64,000 nucleotides of DNA from assembly GCA_963707215.1 (NCBI GenBank), contig CAVPPB010000001.1, forward strand, positions 800,001 to 864,000. Direction: 5' to 3'. Source of the stretch: an uncultured Chloroflexia bacterium (lineage in GTDB: Bacteria; Chloroflexota; Limnocylindria; Limnocylindrales; CSP1-4). The notes below the pieces were generated by a model. The model had not been told where the DNA came from. It did no database searches and saw only the letters and a list, made by a program, of their open reading frames with translations. Positions 31,457 to 40,357 of this stretch are shown here, one piece after another (positions within the stretch are counted from its first letter, which is position 1; the number at the start of each line of letters is the position of its first letter). The translations under genes were made by a program, and so were the position numbers.

Positions 31457-33229
31457 CGGGCGCCTCCGTTCCTGATCCGGATCTCGATGGGAGAGGGAAC
31501 ATCGGGGCCGGCCAGGTGGGTCGCACAGGCCGTGCAGGGGGCGAAGGAGTGGACGGTCCGGAGGACCTCGAGCGGCCGGGCGAGGTCGGCGACCGGCGTT
31601 CCCACGAGCGCCTCCTCGAGCGGGCCTCGCCAGCCATGGGCATCGCGGGGCGAGGCGTTCCAGGTGGTCGCGTCGACGACCTGGTAGTCCACGATCTTCT
31701 GGTCGCGCACGCTGACCCAGTGCCCGACGGTCCCACGGGGTGCTTCTCCGAGCGACCAGCCCTGAGCCTCGGATCGGCCAGATCCCGGGATCCCAGGCCG
31801 TGATGTCGGCGACGGCGAGGTCGCCGCCGGCCAGGCGATCGCGGAGCTCGCTCAGCCAGTCAGGCAGTCGGTCCACGACGACCTGGGCCTCGATCGCCCG
31901 GGCGGCGATCCGGCCGAGGGTGCCGGTGAGAGCGTCCGGACCGAGGCCGAGTCGCCGGACGTGATCCGCCACGGCGGCCCTGACCAGGGGGACCCCGGCG
32001 GCGTAGGCGACGAGGATCCGGGCGAGCGGCCCGACCTCCATCGGCGTCTCGGCGTAGCGGGGTGCCTTGAGCCAGCTGTAGCCGTCCGAACCCTCCAGCG
32101 AGGCGTACGGTAGCTCTGGTCCGGTGTAGTCCCGCTCCGTCTGGCCGACGGAGGGGTGGAGCAGGGCCTCGTCGCCGTCGTCGTAGCGGTACCACGAGTG
32201 AGCCACTGTCTCGCCGATCTCGGCCTGATCGACCGGGTCGGAACCTGCCCGGATCGCCGCCTGTGACGCGGCCACGAGGCAGCAACCGCGGCGATTCGCC
32301 CGTGTCGCCCTCGGGGAACTCGCCGGCGGACAGGTAGCTGCCTCCGCCGACCCCCCGACCGAGCCAGTCCTCGTGGTACCCCGCGACGGCAAGGACGTCC
32401 GGGACGTACACGCGATCGACGAACGCCTGCATCTCGCTGATGAGGGCCTTGAGTTCGGCCAGTCCGTCGGGGCTCAGGGCCATCGGCGATTCCCGCTCGG
32501 GCAGCCGGGGGTGCTCGCCGGTCAGCGGCTTGATCGGACCACCCCAGGGTGGGGCGAGCACCATGCCCCCGACGACGAAGGTCTGCGGATGCGGGTTCTT
32601 GCCGCCGAGGAGGACGAAGGCGCGACTGATCCGGCGCTGCCAGTCGAAGGCCTCGAGGTAGTGGGCCATGACCATGAGGTCCGGCCTCCGGCGGCAGCTC
32701 GTAGGCCGGGTGACCCCAGTAGCCGCCGGCGAACGGGCCGAGGCGCCCGGACGGCACGAGCCCCGCGAGCAGGTCCTGGACGCCCCCGAAGTAGGAGGCG
32801 CTCGACGACGGCCAGTCGCTGATGGACCGAGCCAGCCTGGAGGTCGCCGTCGGGATCGGCCTCAGAGCGCCTCGACGTCGACCCAGTCGAGGACGCTCTG
32901 CTGGTAGAACTGGAAGACGTGGTCGCTGGGCGAGGTGCGCCCCGGCGAGGAGGTTGCGGAGCAGCCGGGCATCCGTCGGGATCGACACGTGGAGGGCACT
33001 CTCGACGGCCCGAACGGAGGCCAGCGCGTGGGCGCCGCTGCAGGCGCCGCAGATCCGCTGGGCGAACAGCCAGGCATCGCGCGGGTCGCGGTCGCGGAGG
33101 ATCCGCTCCATGCCACGGAAGATCGTCCCGGTGCTCCAGGCATCGCCGGACGACGCCGTCGGCGACGTCGACCTCGATGCGGAGGTGGCCGCCGACCCGG
33201 GTGATGGGATCGATCGCGAGCCGGCTCAC
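31453..33229 (-). CDS. Group 1 [NiFe]-hydrogenase-like large subunit with atypical active-site motifs (several frameshifts)
   Basis: [74 protein letters not shown] plus a C-terminal extension. Confidence 0.9.
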
Positions 33230-34454
33230 CGGGTGGCTCCCTGCTCGTCGCGGTCATCCGTCGGCACCGTCGCGACGTCCATGGCGCCGGCGGCGGGAGG
33301 GTCCTCACGCCCGGCGCCCCGTCGGGCGGTGCCTCGGACTCGGTCCCGGGCTCGGGTCCCGCCTCGGCGACCGCCGTGCTCGGACCGGCGGACGCGGCGC
33401 ACGGATTCGCCATGTCCCCCGTGTCCGCCACTGCGGCGCTGGCGGACGTAGCTGGCCACGCCGTGCACGGCCGTCCCGGCCACGACCCCTCCGACGAGCA
33501 GCGCCCCGAGCTGGTCCACGGTGACCTGTGGCGAGATGAACGGCAGCGGCGCCGGGATGCGCCGATAGAACGGGCTCATCGCGTCCCAGAAGCCCGGCGA
33601 GTGGCAGCCGATGCAGCCGTGGCCCGCGCGGACCGGCCAGCTGGTGCCGCTCTGCGTACCGGATCGTCGGGCATTCGCCGAACGTCTCGGGACCCTTGCA
33701 GCCCATCTTGTAGAGGCACCAGCCCTTCTGGGCCCCCTCGTCGCCCCAGGCCAGGGCGAACTCGCCGTACTCGTAGTGAGGGCGTCGCTCGCACTGGTTG
33801 TGGATGAGCGACCCGTAGGCGAAGCAGGGGCCGTTGCATACCGTCGGTCGCCGGCCAGGCGCCGAAGGTGAGGTAGTGGACGAGCGTCGCGGTAAGGTAC
33901 TCGACGTTGATCGGGCAGCCGGGCAGGCGGATGAGGGTCCCGCCGGCGACCGCATCGGCGGCCCCGACCGCCCCGGTCGGTCCACCGCCGGCGGCCGGCG
34001 CCCCGCCGTCACAGGCGCACGAGCCGACGGCGATCGTCGCCAGGGCGCCGTCACAGACCTCCCGGGCGACGTCGCGGAAGGATCGACCGCCGATCGGTGC
34101 AGTGAGCGCGCCGTCGTCGGCGGTCGGGATCGAGCCCTCGATGACGGCGACGTAGCCGTCGGCGAACTCCTCCATCGCAGCGAGCCGGGCCTCGGTGGCG
34201 TCGAGCCCGGCGGGGGCCATGAGCGTCTCGTGGTACTCGACGGACAGCAGCTCCAGCATGAGCTGCCCGACGGTCGGGTCGGCGGCCCGCAGGAAGGCCA
34301 TCGTGTCGCCGGCGCAGTCCTGGCCACGGAGCCAGACGACGGGAAGGCGCGGCGCTGCGGACACGGCCCCGGCGATCCGCGGGGTATACGTGGCCGGGAG
34401 CGCAAGGACGGCCGCCATCGCCGCGGAGAACCGAAGGAACGAGCGTCGGGTCAT
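33226..34454 (-). CDS. [NiFe]-hydrogenase small subunit, Tat-exported, C-terminal TM (frameshifted; start may be GTG 34518)
   Basis: [51 protein letters not shown]. Confidence 0.92.
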
Positions 34455-34812
34455 GCCGCGCGCCGATCAGCGCGGCGTAAAGCCCCCGCTCCTGTCCCGT
34501 CGCCTTGGCTGTGCTCACATCGTATCGGCCACGGGCGCTGGGACGAGGTCGCACGCGGCCGCTCCTGGCGGTCACGCTTCGCCCTCGACTATGGACCGGG
34601 TCGGTGCATAGGGCCGCCTGCCGGACGGATCGTCACGGGGGGCCGACCGCCGGGACTGATGGGCCCGAATGGAGTACTCGCGGGGGGCCGACCGGTAGCC
34701 CGGCCTCGTGGGTCGCCCGGGCTCCCTCCGGTCGACGCGCAGCCCGACGACCATGGGCCGGGCAGCGGTCCCCGGGACGGATCGCTCCGCCGCCGCGACG
34801 ACGGGTCCGTCG

Positions 34813-35160
34813 CTAGGCGGTCGAACGGTTCGTCAGCGTGGCTGCCGGTGCCGATCCCAGGGCCCCGGCCGGGCGTCCTGCCGCCGGCTCGATCTCGCTG
34901 GCCAGCTGGCGGAAGCGCTCCACGGCCTCGGGGCGGATCGAGTACCAGATCCAGTTACCGCGGCGCTCCGGCGTGACCCAGCCGGTCTCGCGGAGCACCT
35001 TGAGGTGGTGCGAGATGGTCGGCTGGCTCACCTCGCAGCAGGCCGTGAAGTCGCACGCGCAGACCGGTCCCTCGATCGAAAGCTGGCGCAGGATCGCCAG
35101 GCGGGTCGGATCGGCTGCGCCCTGGAACAGGCGAACGTCGGGATCGGTCGCTCGCTTCAT
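34813..35160 (-). CDS. arsR: ArsR/SmtB regulator with arsenite-type Cys site
   Basis: DPTRLAIL, VCACDFTACC, SQPTISHHLKVL. Divergent from arsM. Confidence 0.88.
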   Translation of the reverse strand: MKRATDPDVRLFQGAADPTRLAILRQLSIEGPVCACDFTACCEVSQPTISHHLKVLRETGWVTPERRGNWIWYSIRPEAVERFRQLASEIEPAAGRPAGALGSAPAATLTNRSTA

Positions 35161-35168
35161 GACCGAGG

Positions 35169-35204
35169 GTATTGACAGGCATCTATATAGTCAACTATCA
35201 ATAC
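35169..35204. promoter_or_regulatory. Divergent arsR/arsM promoter-operator
   Basis: AT-rich island with TTGACA (35172-77) and inverted repeats GTATTGA..TCAATAC and TTGAC..GTCAA. Confidence 0.65.
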
Positions 35205-35268
35205 AGTTCACGAGGAACAGCGCCGACGGTGCAGCCGAGCTCCGCGTCGTAGCCTGTAGGAGGATCCG

Positions 35269-35438
35269 ATGTCACCTATCCCGACCTCGTCCCGCACATC
35301 CAGGAGCAGCACGCTCGAGACATCGAGCGGGCCCGACTGGCACGGATCGCTTCGTGCGCCCGCGCCTGCTGCGCCGCCCCGGCCACCATCCTCGACCGGC
35401 TCGTTGGCGTCCTCCGGCCGACCCCACGCCCCTGCTGA
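35269..35438 (+). CDS. Small Cys-rich protein upstream of arsM (needs a 1-nt frame correction just after the ATG)
   Basis: AGGAGG RBS before the ATG. The shifted frame reads YPDLVPHIQEQHARDIERARLARIASCARACCAAPATILDRLVGVLRPTPRPC*, and its stop overlaps the arsM RBS. Confidence 0.55.
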
Positions 35439-35448
35439 GGAGCCCGAC

Positions 35449-36282
35449 GTGACCGACACCATCCACGAGACCGTCCGCGAGCACTATGCGCGGGCCGCGC
35501 TCCAGGTCCTCGAGACCGGCTCGAGCTGCTGCACCGACGAGACCGGCATCGGGGCCGAGCTCTACTCCGTCCTCGAGCGCGACGAGCTGCCGGAGGCCGC
35601 CGTCCTCGCGTCGCTCGGCTGCGGCAATCCGACCGCGGTCGCCGAGCTGCGTCCGGGCGAGCGGGTCCTCGACCTCGGCTCGGGAGGCGGCATCGACGTG
35701 CTGCTGTCGGCCAAGCGCGTCGGTCCGACCGGTCGAGCCTTCGGGCTCGACATGACCGACGAGATGCTGGCGCTGGCCCGGCGCAACGCAGCCGAGGCCG
35801 GGGCGACCAACGTCGAGTTCCTCAAGGGCACCATCGAGGCCATCCCCCTGCCGGCCGCGTCGATCGACGTCGTCATCAGCAACTGCGTCGTGAACCTCGC
35901 GGCCGACAAGTCGGCCGTCTTCCGCGAGATCGCCCGCGTCCTGCGGCCGGGTGGCCGGATCGGCATCAGCGACATCGTCGCCGACGACGAGCTGTCGTCG
36001 GCCGAGCGCGCCGAGCGAGGCTCCTACGCGGGCTGCATCGCCGGGGCGCTGTCGTTCGCGGAGTACGACGCGGGGTTGCGGGCTGCCGGCCTGTCCGACG
36101 TGACCATCACCGTGACCCACGGCGTGGTGCCCGGGCATGCACGGGGCGATCGTCAAGGCGACGAAGCCGACCGCTGACGACGCGAGTGGCCTTCCTGCGT
36201 CGCATGATGCCCGCCGGCCGGGCACCCGGCGACCGGGAGCACGTCGACCGGCGGCTGCTGCGGCCAGGATGGCCCCCGCTGA
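35449..36282 (+). CDS. arsM: Arsenite methyltransferase (frameshifts in the 3' part)
   Basis: SSCC, SLGCGNP, LDLGSGGG.D, ISNCVVNL, GCIAGA, and a C-terminal GGCCG in a shifted frame. Confidence 0.9.
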
Positions 36283-36292
36283 GTACGGGCGC

Positions 36293-37055
36293 ATGGACCG
36301 CTGGAAGTACTTCGAGGTCACCCACGCCGACCACGTCGTCTGCAACCCGACCAGCCTGGCGAAGCTCGACGAGCTGATCTGGTTGCTCGATCTGCCCGCC
36401 GAGCCACGGATCCTGGAGATCGCGGCGGGCAAGGGCGAGCTGCTGGCCCGGATCACCGAGCGATACGGCGGCCCCGGCGGCGCCGGCGTGAGCGGCGTCG
36501 CCATCGACCTCTCGCCGTACTTCGTCCGGGACCTCCGGGCCCGGCTCGGACGCGCGCGTCCCGGACGCTCGGATCGAGGTCCTGGAGATGGACGGTGCGG
36601 CGTACCGGGCCGAGCCGGGCTCATTCGACCTGGCCGTCTGCCTCGGAGCGAGCTGGACCTTCGACGGGCACCGGGGCACGCTTCGAGCCCTCCGCGATGC
36701 CACCCGGCCCGGTGGCCAGGTGCTGGTCGGCGAGCCGTTCTGGCTGAAGGATCCCGACCCTGACTACCTGTCGAGCGCCGAGCTCGAGCGAGACGAGTTC
36801 GGGACGCACGCCGGGAACGTCGAGGTCGGCATCGAGGAGGGGCTCCAGCCGCTCCTGGCGCTCGTGAGCGACGGCGACGAGTGGGACCGCTACGAGACGC
36901 TCCAGTGGCGGGCCGCCGTCCGCTGGGCGGCGGCTCATCCCGACGATCCCGACGTGCCGGAGCTCCTGGAGCGGGTCGAGCGTGGCCGGCGCGAGTACCT
37001 CGAGCACGGCCGCGAGACCCTGGGCTGGGCCCTCTACCTGTTTCGCGTCCCCTGA
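36293..37055 (+). CDS. Class I SAM-dependent methyltransferase (YjhP-like; frameshift near 36560)
   Basis: H..CNP, LEIAAGKGELL, CLGASW.F.G, GEPFW, EWDRYE, LGWAL. Confidence 0.85.
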
Positions 37056-37096
37056 CCGGAGGCCGGTCAGGTCGGTCGGACCACGCCGGACGTCCC

Positions 37097-37366
37097 CTAC
37101 TCGAGGGTGATGCTCTCCCGGCGGCGGCGGCGCTCGGCCGGGGCCCGGTCCATCCGCTCGATCCAGTGATCGATGAACGACCTGGCCGCCAGGAGCTGCT
37201 CCTTGCGGGCCTTGCGGAGGTGCTCGCGCGACTCCGTCGGCAGGAACCCGCCCAGCAGCCGCTCGAACGGGTCGTCGGCCTGCTCCTGCGCCTCCAGCTC
37301 GGCCAGGCGCTCCTCGAGCAGGGCGATCCGGGCGGTCAGCTCGGCCTCGGATTCGGTCTTAGCCAT
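37097..37366 (-). CDS. Small coiled-coil protein coupled to the ArsA/Get3-like ATPase
   Basis: AAAGGAG RBS, overlap with the upstream stop, LP.E.R.HLR.ARKE.LLA.RS.ID motif. Confidence 0.8.
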   Translation of the reverse strand: MAKTESEAELTARIALLEERLAELEAQEQADDPFERLLGGFLPTESREHLRKARKEQLLAARSFIDHWIERMDRAPAERRRRRESITLE

Positions 37367-38570
37367 GGACCGTGGCTCCTTTCACGTCGGCGGCGGCATC
37401 ATCGGGCACCGCCGCGAACTCGATCCGCAGGGTGTGGTCGTGGAAGCCGGCGCTCCGGGTCGGCGCATCGATCAGGACCCGGGGCAGGATCAGGTTGCGA
37501 CGCCAGCTGCCGACCTGGATGACCAGCTCGTCGGCGAACCGGGTCAGGTGGACCTGCTCCTTCGAGGTGAACGGCAGGTCGAGCTCCAGGATGAATCCGT
37601 CGCCGTCGCGGCGGACGGTGTACGGCCGACCTCGGTAGTAGAAGTCGGTCGGGTCGTCGTCGCCGAAGACGGCGCTCCCGAGCGACCGGAGCATCCGCTC
37701 GCCAAGGACCTCCTCGTCGAAGAACGGCGCGGTCCGGACCGGCACCGGGGCGAAGGCCTCGTCGACGAGCGGGCGGTAGCGCTGCTGGGCCTCCCGCCAG
37801 GCCCCGAAGTAGGCGCCCGCGTCGGGCGGCAGGACCCGGTTGCAGACGACGAGGTCGGTCGGGTAGCCGTAGAGGTGGAAGTAGGTGAAGGAGCGCTGGG
37901 CCTCCTTGATGACCATCTTCTCGAGGTTGAGGACGATCCGGATCGACGTCCGCTCTGGGTCCGAGAGCAGCTCGTGCATGTGCTCGAGCTTGGCGAACAG
38001 CTCCTCGCCGGCGTTGAAGATCTCCTTGCCGGGCATGGGCATCCCGGTCACCCGACCCACGATGGGGCTGGTCAGCTGGGCGATCCGGCGCTGGACCGGG
38101 TAGATCTTCTCCAGCCACCAGCGACCCGCCTCGGGCAGGCTCAACAGCCGCAGGGTCTCGCCGGTCGGGGCTGCGTCGACGACGATGAGGTCGTACGCGC
38201 CGCGGTCGTGGTGCTCGGCGATCCAGAGCAGGCTTGCCAGCTCGTCCATGCCGGGCAGGACGCTCATCTCCTCGGCCACGATGGTGTCGAGCCCGCGCCA
38301 CTGGAGGACGCTGGAGACGTACGACTGGATCGTCCCCCAGTAGGTCTCGATGTTGTGGAAGACCTCGGACTCCTGGCCCCACAGGTTCGGGGCGATCTCG
38401 GTCGGCTCGGGACCGAGCGGGCGGTCGAACGAGTCGGCGAGGCTGTGGGCCGCGTCGGTCGAGAGGACGATCGTGCGGTAGCCGCGCTCGGCGGCGAGGA
38501 GACCGGTGGCCGCAGCCACGCTGGTCTTGCCGACCCCGCCCTTGCCCGTGTAGACGATGATCCGGGTCAC
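37359..38570 (-). CDS. Single-domain ArsA/Get3-family ATPase with HSP20-like C-terminal domain
   Basis: GKGGVGKTS, STDAAHSL, LPGMDE, VDAAPTGETLRLL, and a C-terminal beta domain (LDLPF..RRNL.LP). Confidence 0.92.
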   Translation of the reverse strand: MTRIIVYTGKGGVGKTSVAAATGLLAAERGYRTIVLSTDAAHSLADSFDRPLGPEPTEIAPNLWGQESEVFHNIETYWGTIQSYVSSVLQWRGLDTIVAEEMSVLPGMDELASLLWIAEHHDRGAYDLIVVDAAPTGETLRLLSLPEAGRWWLEKIYPVQRRIAQLTSPIVGRVTGMPMPGKEIFNAGEELFAKLEHMHELLSDPERTSIRIVLNLEKMVIKEAQRSFTYFHLYGYPTDLVVCNRVLPPDAGAYFGAWREAQQRYRPLVDEAFAPVPVRTAPFFDEEVLGERMLRSLGSAVFGDDDPTDFYYRGRPYTVRRDGDGFILELDLPFTSKEQVHLTRFADELVIQVGSWRRNLILPRVLIDAPTRSAGFHDHTLRIEFAAVPDDAAADVKGATVHG

Positions 38571-38613
38571 CCCCGAATCCTACGCCCGAGGAGCGGAACG
38601 GGCCTCGGGCGGT

Positions 38614-39294
38614 CTAGCGAGCCTCCTGCCCGGGAGCGGCCGGCTCGCCGCGCAGGTAGCGGTAGACGAGGGCGCCGAGCGCGGCCCCAACGACCGGAGC
38701 CGCGAGGTAGATCCAGAGACCCGTGAGATCCCCCTCGACGAGCGCCGGGCCGAGCGACCGGGCGGGGTTCATGGACGCACCGCTGATGGGACCGCCGACG
38801 AGCGCGCCGAGCGCCACGGTGCCCCCGACGGCCAGGGCGGCAGCCTCGCCGACTGCCCGGGTGTCGGTCGCGACGGAGGTGATGACGAGCATGAGGGTGA
38901 AGCCGAGGACCGCCTCCCAGGCGAGAGCCTGGACGTCCGGGCCTGCCGGCCGGGTCACGCCGAGCGTGACGTCGCCGAGGGTGAGCCGCAGGACGAGGGC
39001 TCCCGCCACGGCGCCGAGCGACTGGGCCAGCGCGTAGGTCGCGACGCGGGGCCACGGGAAGTGCCGGCCGACGGCGAAGCCGATCGAGACCGCCGGGTTG
39101 AAGTGCGCGCCGGAGACATGGCCCAGGGCGTAGATCATCACGGCCACGACGAGGCCGAAGACCAGCGCCACACCACCGCTCTCGAGGCTGCCCACGGCGA
39201 TCGCGCCGCAGCCGAAGAGGACGAGTGCGAACGTCCCGATGACCTCCGCCAGGTGGGCTCGCACGATGGGTCGGGGATCGGCGGCGCTGGTCAG
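38614..39294 (-). CDS. MIP-family channel (aquaporin/aquaglyceroporin), probable arsenite channel; start uncertain
   Basis: AEVIGTF, SGAHFNPAV, GASMNPARS. Directly downstream of arsC. Confidence 0.92.
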   Translation of the reverse strand: MTSAADPRPIVRAHLAEVIGTFALVLFGCGAIAVGSLESGGVALVFGLVVAVMIYALGHVSGAHFNPAVSIGFAVGRHFPWPRVATYALAQSLGAVAGALVLRLTLGDVTLGVTRPAGPDVQALAWEAVLGFTLMLVITSVATDTRAVGEAAALAVGGTVALGALVGGPISGASMNPARSLGPALVEGDLTGLWIYLAAPVVGAALGALVYRYLRGEPAAPGQEAR

Positions 39295-40130
39295 GTCGCC
39301 GGGGTCCGGCGCGTCCGGCCGGCCGCCTTCAGCGACACCTCGACGAACGGCCGGATCCGCTGGGTGAGCTCCAGCGCCGTGTGCCGGAAGGCCGCCAGCT
39401 TCTCCTGGTCGGTGCCCTCGACCTCGGCCGGGTCCTCGAGGCCCCAGTGGAGCGAGTCGTACGAGCCTGGGAAGACCGGGCAGCTCTGGCGGGCTCGGTC
39501 GCAGACGGTGATGACGTAGTCGAACGGCTGGTCGACGTATGCCTCGACCGACTCGCTCCTCGCATCGGACCAGTCGATCCCGTGTTCGGCCAGGACGCGG
39601 ATCGCGTACGGGTTGACCCCCTTGGGCTCCGTCCCGGCCGAGAAGACCTCGAAGTCCGGGCCCCCGATCCGACCGAGCAGGGCCTCGCCGATCTGGCTGC
39701 GAGCCGAGTTGCCGGTGCAGACGAAGAGGACCCGGATGGGCGCATCGGACACGGGGAGATCCTTTCTGGCCGCCCTGGCACGGGACGCAGCGGAGATCGT
39801 GAGCTCGAGATCTTGCAGCTCGGCCTCGAGACGGTCGAGGTCGGCGCGCTGGCGGGCGATGGCCGCCCGCTGGTCGGCGAGGAGCGGGGCGAGGTCGGCG
39901 TGGACGGTGTCGTGCTCGAGACATTGCCGGGCCAGCCGTCCGGCGTCCTCGGGACCGAGTCCCAGCCGGCGAAGGGCGACCAGCAGGCGGACTCGAGCGA
40001 GATCCTCCGGGCCGTACTCCCGGTAGCCGTTGGCGCCGCGCGCGGGCCGTGGCAGGACCCCGACCGACTCGTACCAGCGAACGGCGGAAGCGGCGACGCC
40101 GGCCTGCTCGGCCAGCTGGGAGACCTTCAT
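39291..40130 (-). CDS. arsC: MerR-family regulator fused to an LMWP-type arsenate reductase
   Basis: N-terminal MerR HTH (VRWYE..G.L..P.R..NGYREY) and coiled coil. C-terminal CTGNSARSQ, VCD..RQSCP.FPG, HW.LEDP. Confidence 0.9.
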   Translation of the reverse strand: MKVSQLAEQAGVAASAVRWYESVGVLPRPARGANGYREYGPEDLARVRLLVALRRLGLGPEDAGRLARQCLEHDTVHADLAPLLADQRAAIARQRADLDRLEAELQDLELTISAASRARAARKDLPVSDAPIRVLFVCTGNSARSQIGEALLGRIGGPDFEVFSAGTEPKGVNPYAIRVLAEHGIDWSDARSESVEAYVDQPFDYVITVCDRARQSCPVFPGSYDSLHWGLEDPAEVEGTDQEKLAAFRHTALELTQRIRPFVEVSLKAAGRTRRTPAT

Positions 40131-40136
40131 GGCCGG

Positions 40137-40167
40137 ACCGTACACCTTCGAGTCACTTCAAGGTCAA
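40137..40167 (-). promoter_or_regulatory. MerR-type promoter with 19-bp spacer and operator dyad
   Basis: -35 TTGACC (40167-62), 19 nt, -10 TACGGT (40142-37). Dyad ACCTTcgAGT-c-ACTtcAAGGT (40144-64). Confidence 0.85.
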
Positions 40168-40357
40168 GCGCGAGCCGTCGGACCGATCCTCGCTCGGCGA
40201 GATCCTTGGATGACGACGCTGTCCGTTCGGCGGGCGACCCTTCCCTGTCGGCTCGGCCCGAGCGATGCCGTGGTCGCCCGGGTCGTCGTCGGGGTGCTGG
40301 ACGAGTCGGTTGGCCGAGTGGCTCACCCGGCAGGGCGAACGCCACCGGAGCCCGAGT

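Noticed and set aside
31453-31560. [NiFeSe] hydrogenase or selenocysteine recoding
   Set aside because: The C-terminal motif is encoded TGC-ACG-GCC-TGT (Cys, not TGA).
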